A stretch of DNA of 31,267 bases, taken from contig JAWXCN010000033.1 of assembly GCA_034408725.1 (NCBI GenBank), positions 1 through 31,267 of the forward strand, read 5' to 3'. Source of the stretch: Candidatus Hydrogenedentota bacterium. GTDB taxonomy: Bacteria; Hydrogenedentota; Hydrogenedentia; Hydrogenedentales; SLHB01. Positions 23,528-30,246 of the stretch are shown one piece after another. Position 1 is the stretch's first letter; the number at the start of each line of letters is the position of its first letter. A program made the translations under genes and the position numbers. The notes beneath the pieces were generated by a model. That model had not been told where the DNA came from, made no database searches, and was given only the letters and a program-made list of their open reading frames with translations.

Positions 23528-23887
23528 ATGCGCGCGTGGATCGCTCAGGTCAGAAAAGGTCTGGTTGAGTTCTGCATCCTCGCCGTACTTGACCGCGGAG
23601 AAGCCTACGGCTACCAATTGCTCCAGGAGCTGGCTCACGTAGAAGGTTTGGCACTCACGGAAAGCACCGTGTATCCCATGTTGTCGCGACTTCAACAAGA
23701 TGGATGGATTCGCGTCCGCGCGGCGCCATCACCGACCGGCCCGCCACGACGTTACTACCGCCTCACCCCCCTCGGACAATCCAGATTGCAGGAAATGGAT
23801 AAATACTGGGAACAAATCCAGCACGCGACCAATGCATTACGGAAAGGAAAGCCCGCAAATGACTCACGCAAAAAATCTGGCGAGTGA
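23528..23887 (+). CDS. PadR-family transcriptional regulator
   Basis: QVRKGLVEFCILAVL..YGYQL..ESTVYPMLSRL..GPPRRYYRLT. Confidence 0.93.
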   Translation: MRAWIAQVRKGLVEFCILAVLDRGEAYGYQLLQELAHVEGLALTESTVYPMLSRLQQDGWIRVRAAPSPTGPPRRYYRLTPLGQSRLQEMDKYWEQIQHATNALRKGKPANDSRKKSGE

Positions 23888-24626
23888 TGTTCAGCGCATC
23901 ATCGACGATTACCTTGACGCGATCGGAGTCGCCCTTCAAAAATCAAGGCTAACTCGGGAAGAACGGCAAAGCGTGGTCGACAATGTAGAAGACCAAATTG
24001 CGGAAATGCTTAACGCTCGCGCGATTGCGACGCCAGCGGAAGCGGATGTGCGAGCGGTACTCGCTGAGCTCGATTCTCCAGAGTCATACGCTGAAACGAT
24101 TGAATCTACAGCGCCAGAACAAACGTTGGCGAGCCACGCACAGCCGAACGCCGGCGAACGTCGTTTGTCAAAAGTAGCCGTTGTGGGGGCCGTATGGGCG
24201 ATCGCGTTTTTTACATGCGTACCATTATTTTTCGTGGCCTGGACGGTCACGCCCGGAAATGAGCCCTCGCTCCTCTGGTTTTATACGGGCCGCGCGTTGA
24301 TGATCGCCGGCGTTTCCGCGCCGCTTGGCACAACCCTGCTCGGCCTCATAGCCATTGGCCAAATTCGGAACTTTCAAGGGACGCACTATGGCATGGGCCT
24401 TGCCATCGCCGACACATTGCTGTTTCCTTTACTGGCGGCGCTTCCGGTGTGCGTAGCGGCTGGAGGCACGGTCATTGCCGCAATCAATGGTAGCTCCCCT
24501 GGCTGGTATGAGTTGATGACGAGTCCCACGGCATTGACAGCCGGCTTTTTGTTCTGGCTGCTTATCGCTACTGCGGTTGTATGGCTGGTCCAGCGGTGGT
24601 CACGAAAGTTGCCCGGAGCTTCGTAA
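23859..24626 (+). CDS. HAAS-domain membrane protein (PadR-associated)
   Basis: N-terminal IDDYLDAI..VVDNVEDQIAEML..AVLAELDSPESYA followed by ~4 TM segments; ATG 23859 overlaps padR end. Confidence 0.78.
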   Translation: MTHAKNLASDVQRIIDDYLDAIGVALQKSRLTREERQSVVDNVEDQIAEMLNARAIATPAEADVRAVLAELDSPESYAETIESTAPEQTLASHAQPNAGERRLSKVAVVGAVWAIAFFTCVPLFFVAWTVTPGNEPSLLWFYTGRALMIAGVSAPLGTTLLGLIAIGQIRNFQGTHYGMGLAIADTLLFPLLAALPVCVAAGGTVIAAINGSSPGWYELMTSPTALTAGFLFWLLIATAVVWLVQRWSRKLPGAS

Positions 24627-24745
24627 GCCATCACCCCCTTCAATCATAAGGAGGCTCCCCGATGCAAAAGTGAGGAGCAAACCCGATTGCTCCGTCCGGT
24701 TTTCGCAGCCATACTTTTCATATCACCAACGGTTCGATTCTGGTT

Positions 24746-24825
24746 TGGGATGCCGTTGCGCTGCCGTCCCCTCGGCCTAAGGTACTCCACCAACCGTTGC
24801 AGCGCTGCGGCATCCCAGGTTTTTT
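24746..24825 (+). repeat. 19-bp inverted repeat followed by T run (REP-like or terminator)
   Basis: TGGGATGCCGTTGCGCTGC (24746-24764) / GCAGCGCTGCGGCATCCCA (24799-24817), 17/19 complementary, then GGTTTTTT. Confidence 0.6.
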
Positions 24826-25077
24826 ACTTAACCCAATTTCGGTTTCCAACCTATTGTTGTGGCCGGTCTCCCGGCTGCGCCACGCCCCTGACCAAAGGTC
24901 TCCCGCTCCGCAACCGCAACCCTCTTTTCGCACGCGATCAGTGCTACATCTCAAACCAGTTGCCAAACCACTGCCATTTGCCAATAATGGAGTCTTGGGC
25001 GAGCCCGCTCTCGCGGAACACCCGCGCAACGTGGGCCAATGGTCTGGGTGCGTCTTTAACACTGGGAGATGTCTGTC

Positions 25078-26265
25078 ATGGCAGGAAATCGAGGGGTTGC
25101 GTACATCAAACCGGGCGTCGTCGAAGTCCAAAAAATCGACTACCCGAAACTCGAAATTGGAAAGCGGAAGTGTGACCACGGTGTAATTCTCAAAGTAGTG
25201 ACCACGAACATCTGCGGAAGCGATCAGCACATGGTGCGCGGGCGCACGACGGCGCCGACGGGTCTCGTGCTCGGACATGAAATCACCGGGCAAGTGATCG
25301 AAGCCGGACGTGATGTTGAATTCATCAAGAAGGGCGACATCGTTTCGGTGCCGTTTAACATCGCGTGCGGACGCTGCCGCAATTGCAAGGAAGGCAGAAC
25401 CGGCATTTGTTTGAGCGTGAATCCCGCGCGCCCCGGCGCGGCGTATGGTTACGTCGACATGGGCGGTTGGATCGGCGGCCAGGCGGAATACGTAATGGTG
25501 CCGTATGCCGATTTCAATCTGCTGAAGTTCCCGGACAAAGAAGAAGCCATGGCGAAGATCAAGGACCTGACACTGCTCTCGGATATTTTCCCCACCGGCT
25601 ATCACGGCGCAGTGTCCGCGGGCGTTGGTCCCGGCTCGATTGTCTATGTCGCCGGCGCAGGCCCCGTCGGGCTTGCATGCGCGGCGTCCTGCCACCTGCT
25701 CGGCGCGGCGTGCGTCATCGTCGGCGACATGATCCCAGAGCGGCTGAAGCAAGCCAAAAGTTTCGGATGCGAAGTGGTCGACCTGAAAAAGAGCGCGACG
25801 CTTGCCGAACAGATTCAACAAATCATCGGCGTGCCGGAAGTGGATGCCGCCGTGGATTGCGTCGGGTTTGAAGCGCGGGGACATGGTGCGGAAGCCGGCG
25901 TGGAACGGCCCGCAACAGTGCTCAACTCGGTGATGGAAGTGACGCGCGCCGGTGGTGCGATTGGTATTCCGGGGTTATACGTTACGGGTGATCCCGGTGG
26001 CGTGGATGAGAATGCGAAGATTGGCATGCTCGGCATACGCATCGGCCTCGGCTGGGCGAAATCCCATTGCTTCGCAACCGGCCAATGCCCGGTCATGAAA
26101 TACCATCGCAACCTGATGCAGGCGATCCTCTACGACAAAATCAAGATCGCCAAGGCCACAAACGTCGCAATTATCTCGCTCAACGATGCCCCGAAAGGCT
26201 ACAAAGATTTCGACAAGGGCGCCGCAAAGAAATACGTGATCGACCCGCACGGAATGGTCGCGTAA
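25078..26265 (+). CDS. fdhA: Glutathione-independent formaldehyde dehydrogenase (Zn MDR family)
   Basis: MAGNRGVAY..EVQKIDYPKL, NICGSDQHMVRGRT, GHE, CGRCRNC..C, LSDIFPTG, closely resembling Pseudomonas putida FdhA; SD GGGAG favours ATG 25078. Confidence 0.93.
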   Translation: MAGNRGVAYIKPGVVEVQKIDYPKLEIGKRKCDHGVILKVVTTNICGSDQHMVRGRTTAPTGLVLGHEITGQVIEAGRDVEFIKKGDIVSVPFNIACGRCRNCKEGRTGICLSVNPARPGAAYGYVDMGGWIGGQAEYVMVPYADFNLLKFPDKEEAMAKIKDLTLLSDIFPTGYHGAVSAGVGPGSIVYVAGAGPVGLACAASCHLLGAACVIVGDMIPERLKQAKSFGCEVVDLKKSATLAEQIQQIIGVPEVDAAVDCVGFEARGHGAEAGVERPATVLNSVMEVTRAGGAIGIPGLYVTGDPGGVDENAKIGMLGIRIGLGWAKSHCFATGQCPVMKYHRNLMQAILYDKIKIAKATNVAIISLNDAPKGYKDFDKGAAKKYVIDPHGMVA

Positions 26266-26270
26266 AAAAC

Positions 26271-26373
26271 CGGGGACTGTCACCGTCAGCGCGTTTTGGC
26301 TGACGGTGGCTGTCCCCGAACTTACCAAGGGGACTGTCACCGGCATCGCATTCGGATGCAGGTGGCTGTCCCC
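26271..26373. repeat. Two tandem hairpins sharing GGGGACTGTCACC...GGTGGCTGTCCCC ends
   Basis: Copies at 26271-26318 and 26329-26373, between convergent genes. Confidence 0.85.
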
Positions 26374-26394
26374 GTTTCTTTCCCTGTTCTTTCC

Positions 26395-26712
26395 CTAGCA
26401 GTCAAAATGCGCGCCTTCGCACGCGGGATCCCACTTGAAGGCCGAGCCACCCTCGTTTAACGATTCGGCGAGTTTCCTTGATGCCCGCCTCGATTTACCT
26501 TTTCGGTCCGTCGTGCCCGTCGACACCGTATCCTCGACTCCGCCATCGGGATTCTTAAACTCAGCGTAGATTACCCAGTCTCCATCCTGATTCTGCATGG
26601 GCGCTCCGCCTTCCCAATGGAAACCGCCCGCCGACACTTCCTGCGCGGGCATCATCATAATCGCCAGAAAGACTGCTACCACACACACTACCGCCGGGAA
26701 AAAATAACGCAT
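26395..26712 (-). CDS. Small hypothetical secreted protein
   Basis: Strong SD AAGGAGAGG before ATG 26712; signal-peptide-like MRYFFPAVVCVVAVFLAIMMMPAQEVSA; 105 aa. Confidence 0.72.
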   Translation of the reverse strand: MRYFFPAVVCVVAVFLAIMMMPAQEVSAGGFHWEGGAPMQNQDGDWVIYAEFKNPDGGVEDTVSTGTTDRKGKSRRASRKLAESLNEGGSAFKWDPACEGAHFDC

Positions 26713-26781
26713 TGTCCTCTCCTTCATTGTTTACACCAACAAACGATGCACGCAAAACATGAATCCTCGCTAAAAAACAGG

Positions 26782-27129
26782 CTATCGTGCGATCAACTCT
26801 TTGATTACAATTGCTTCGTTGTGCCGCTCGTCGCGAGCGCCGTATAACAGCGTCACGTTCTTGTATTTCTTCGCAATCGCCTTTAGTTCTGCGACCGCTT
26901 CCGTATGTTCCTTTAACTCTGCCCTATAGCGCTTTTTGAATTCCGGCCATTTATCCGGATCATGTCCGAACCATTTCCGGAGTTCCGTGGACGGCGCGAT
27001 GTCCTTCAGCCACAAATCGAGTTTCGCCTTCTTTTTCGAGACACCTCTCGGCCAAAGCCGATCCACCAGCACGCGCGCACCATCCTCGCGCACGGGTAGT
27101 TCATAGATTCGTTTGATATAAATGCCCAT
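26782..27129 (-). CDS. DUF488/YeaO-family protein
   Basis: IKRIYE..DGARVLVDRLWPRGVSK..WLKDIAPSTELRKWFGHDP..TLLYGARDERHNEA. Confidence 0.92.
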   Translation of the reverse strand: MGIYIKRIYELPVREDGARVLVDRLWPRGVSKKKAKLDLWLKDIAPSTELRKWFGHDPDKWPEFKKRYRAELKEHTEAVAELKAIAKKYKNVTLLYGARDERHNEAIVIKELIAR

Positions 27130-27237
27130 GGAGACAGCATAGGCGCAAAGGTAATGCTTGGCAAGTCCTTGATCGAGTGCCAATGCTTTCGTGTTCTATG
27201 TTATTCTGACTTCAAACAGTCGAGGATGGATTGACTC

Positions 27238-27486
27238 GTGCCAACAGTGCTCTTGGTAAAGGGATGGCGACTTTTCTTCTACGCGAATGAGGGAAACGAG
27301 CCCATCCACATTCATGCAAGAAAGGGCGACACGGAGTGCAAGTTCTGGTTAAAGGCCGACCTGTTTGATATTGAAGAAGCTTGGGCTTATGGAACTACGC
27401 CCCGGCTGCGCCGGGAGATTCGTCGGATAGTTTTCGACCATTTCGATCTTATTGTCGATGAGTGGCGTACTTTTTTTGGAGAGTAA
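27238..27486 (+). CDS. DUF4160 domain protein (putative toxin)
   Basis: MPTVLLVKGWRLFFYANEGNEPIHIHARKG..KFWL..EWRTFFG. Confidence 0.88.
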   Translation: MPTVLLVKGWRLFFYANEGNEPIHIHARKGDTECKFWLKADLFDIEEAWAYGTTPRLRREIRRIVFDHFDLIVDEWRTFFGE

Positions 27487-27488
27487 CT

Positions 27489-27740
27489 GTGCAAGTCACA
27501 ACACCAATAACGGCCCAAAAGATTCGGGCCACCACAGACGCGCTCGTCATTGTGTTGGCTGAGCGCAGTATTTCCATACCGTGGAACGAGTGCTCCACCA
27601 AGCTCACGCAGGCGTCGCCTGATCAACGAAAAGACGCTGAATTATCGCCTGGCGGTTACGGCATTCATTGGCCGCAGCTTGACGAGGACCTCTCGATTAA
27701 CGGATTAATACTTGTCCATGATTCTCGAGTGAAACCGTAA
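27489..27740 (+). CDS. DUF2442 domain protein (putative antitoxin)
   Basis: ISIPW..KLTQASPDQR..LSPGGYGIHWPQLDEDLSINGL; GTG 27489 after GGAG SD. Confidence 0.88.
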   Translation: MQVTTPITAQKIRATTDALVIVLAERSISIPWNECSTKLTQASPDQRKDAELSPGGYGIHWPQLDEDLSINGLILVHDSRVKP

Positions 27741-29941
27741 TGTCCGAGAGCTGTTCCGCTAAACGCATGCCCAAGTCCGCCGGAGGCTGGGCTGCGATCC
27801 TCTACACGCTGCGCAAAGCGCACGGTGTCGGGGGACTGTGGAAAGCCTGGAAAGCCCTCCGCTCGAAGAACGCGTGCAAAACCTGCGCGCTCGGCATGGG
27901 CGGACAACTCGGCGGCATGGTGAACGAAGCCGGGCACTTCCCCGAGGTCTGCAAAAAATCCGTGCAGGCAATGGTCGCGGACATGCAGGGCCGCATCCCC
28001 GCAACATTCTTCGAGAAATTCGGCGTGCGCGAACTCCAGAGTTTTACTCCGCGCGAAATGGAAGCCGCGGGCCGCATCGTCGAACCGCTGCACGTCGACA
28101 CATCGGGCACGCACTTCCTCCCGCTAACATGGAACGATGCGCTGGATAAAATCGCGGCCGCATTCCGCGGCGCAAAACCCGACGAAACCTTCTTCTACTT
28201 CAGCGGACGTTCCTCGAACGAAGCCGGGTTCCTTCTCAATCTGTTCGCGCGCCTCTACGGCACGAACAACGTCAACAACTGTTCCTATTATTGTCATCAG
28301 GCCTCTGGCGTGGGCCTTTCCACTGTATACGGTTCCAGCACTGCAAGCGTCGTGCTCGAAGACGTCGAGCATTGCGACACGCTCTTTCTCATCGGCGCGA
28401 ACCCCGCGTCAAACCATCCGCGGTTGATGAGCACGATCATGCGCCTGAAGCAGCGGGGCGGGCGCGTGATTGTCGTCAATCCACTGCGCGAACTCGGACT
28501 CCTGAACTTCCGAGTGCCGTCCAGCGTGCGCAGCATGCTCTTCGGCACACCCATTGCCGACCTCTACATCCAACCGCACATCGGCGGCGATATCGCATTC
28601 TTCGCGGGCATCGCCAAAGCAATCATTGATCGCCGCGCGATCGATTCCGAATTCATCAACGCCGCAACCGAAGGCTGGCCGGAATTCGAGAACCATCTCA
28701 AACAAGTAACCTGGAATGAAATAGTCCTGCAGTCCGGCGTGTCGCGCGAAGACATTGAAGCCGCCGCCGATATCTACGCCGCGTCCAAAGGCGCCGTCTT
28801 CGCTTGGGCCATGGGCGTCACGCATCACGCCCATGGCGTGCAGAACGTCCAGATCATTGGAAACGTCGCGCTCATGCGCGCCATGCTCGGCCGCAAAAAC
28901 GCAGGCCTGCTCCCCATCCGCGGACACAGCAACGTGCAGGGCATCGGCTCGATGGGCGTCACGCCGCAACTGAAAGCGGAAGTATTCAAACGACTGGAGG
29001 AACGGTACAACGTCAACCTTCCCACGACACCGGGTCTCGACACGATGGGCAGCGTGGAGCAAGCCGCGGCGGGCAAGATGCGCGTCGCATTCTGCATCGG
29101 TGGAAATCTCTACGGCTCGAACCCCGACGCAAACTTCGCGGCGGAGGCCTTGAGCAAGGTCGATCTCGTGGTGTATCTCAACACCACGTTGAACACCGGC
29201 CACGCCATGGGCCTCGGCAAGGAAACGATCATCCTCCCGGTCCTCGCGCGCGACGAGGAACATCAATCCACCACGCAGGAATCAATGTTCAACTACGTGC
29301 GTCTCAGCGATGGCGGGCCCGCGCGGCACGACGGACCGCGCAGTGAAGTCGAAGTCGTTGCGGGCATCGCGCAACGCGTGTTCGGCGAGGATTCGCCCGT
29401 GGACTGGGAAAAAATGGAGGCGCATAACGCCATCCGCGAAGCCATAGCCGCGATCATTCCCGGATATGAAGAAGTCGAAAAAATCGGCGACACTAAAAAG
29501 GAGTTCCAACTTCCAGGCCGCACGTTCCACCGGGCCACGTTCAACACGCCCTCGGGCAAAGCGCGCTTCCACACCTTCCCCATTCCGCCTCTACGTAAAA
29601 ACGGCAACGGCACGCTACGACTCATGACCCTCCGCAGCGAAGGCCAGTTCAACACAGTCGTCTACGAAGAAGAAGACCGCTACCGCGGCCAGGAACGCCG
29701 CGACGTCATCCTCCTCAACCCTGAAGACCGCAAACGTCTCGGCCTCAACGAAAACGACCACGTAACCGTCCGCTCCTCCTGCGGCGCACTCAAAAATGTC
29801 CTAGTCCGCGACTTCCCCATCCGCGCCGGCAACGCCGCCATGTACTACCCCGAAGCCAACGTCCTGGTCCCGCGCGATGTCGACCCGGCGTCAAGGACGC
29901 CGGCATTTAAGAATGTTGAAATACTGATAGAGCAAGTTTGA
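27740..29941 (+). CDS. FdhF/YdeP-family molybdopterin oxidoreductase
   Basis: AGGWAA, CKTC..C, SGRSSNEA, NNCSYYCHQASG, GANPASNHPRL, PIRGHSNVQG, TLRSEGQFNT; start could be 27767. Confidence 0.92.
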   Translation: MSESCSAKRMPKSAGGWAAILYTLRKAHGVGGLWKAWKALRSKNACKTCALGMGGQLGGMVNEAGHFPEVCKKSVQAMVADMQGRIPATFFEKFGVRELQSFTPREMEAAGRIVEPLHVDTSGTHFLPLTWNDALDKIAAAFRGAKPDETFFYFSGRSSNEAGFLLNLFARLYGTNNVNNCSYYCHQASGVGLSTVYGSSTASVVLEDVEHCDTLFLIGANPASNHPRLMSTIMRLKQRGGRVIVVNPLRELGLLNFRVPSSVRSMLFGTPIADLYIQPHIGGDIAFFAGIAKAIIDRRAIDSEFINAATEGWPEFENHLKQVTWNEIVLQSGVSREDIEAAADIYAASKGAVFAWAMGVTHHAHGVQNVQIIGNVALMRAMLGRKNAGLLPIRGHSNVQGIGSMGVTPQLKAEVFKRLEERYNVNLPTTPGLDTMGSVEQAAAGKMRVAFCIGGNLYGSNPDANFAAEALSKVDLVVYLNTTLNTGHAMGLGKETIILPVLARDEEHQSTTQESMFNYVRLSDGGPARHDGPRSEVEVVAGIAQRVFGEDSPVDWEKMEAHNAIREAIAAIIPGYEEVEKIGDTKKEFQLPGRTFHRATFNTPSGKARFHTFPIPPLRKNGNGTLRLMTLRSEGQFNTVVYEEEDRYRGQERRDVILLNPEDRKRLGLNENDHVTVRSSCGALKNVLVRDFPIRAGNAAMYYPEANVLVPRDVDPASRTPAFKNVEILIEQV

Positions 29942-29967
29942 TACGGATTGCGGTGTGTCCGATTCAT

Positions 29968-30099
29968 TTTTCGTGCTCGTGCTCGTCATTCGTAATCGTT
30001 TTTCGTTACTCTAGTCTTCGTGTCTTTGGTGCGTTCGCGGAAAAAAATCGGGTTAACGAGCAACGAGTACGATGACGAGCACGAGCATGAGCATGAAAA
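29968..30099. repeat. Inverted repeat made of hexamer units (CGTGCT / AGCACG)
   Basis: TTTTCGTGCTCGTGCTCGTCATTCGTAATCGTT.. (29968-30008) vs TAACGAGCAACGAGTACGATGACGAGCACGAGCATGAGCATGAAAA (30054-30099). Confidence 0.75.
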
Positions 30100-30246
30100 G
30101 CAAGACACCGGTCGCGCCAGAAAAGCGAGCTGCACAATGCTGCTCACTGGCGCTTCGAGCGGATCGCAGGCAAGTTTAACCGCCTTCATTTTCTTGAGCG
30201 ATTCACGTAAACTTCCCCCGGTGCATATTTTTCCAAGGGGAGTCGC

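Noticed and set aside
24989..25068. ZMP/ZTP (pfl) riboswitch before fdhA
   Set aside because: GTCTGGG resembles the 3' end, but the 5' GACTGRCG element and its pseudoknot partner are absent
24662..25186. Selenocysteine readthrough of the TGA at 24671-24673, which is followed by a hairpin
   Set aside because: The readthrough product looks non-protein-like, crosses repeats and overlaps fdhA, and has no redox motif context
26271..26373. Mini CRISPR array
   Set aside because: Only two units, the variable parts are self-complementary and short, and there are no cas genes
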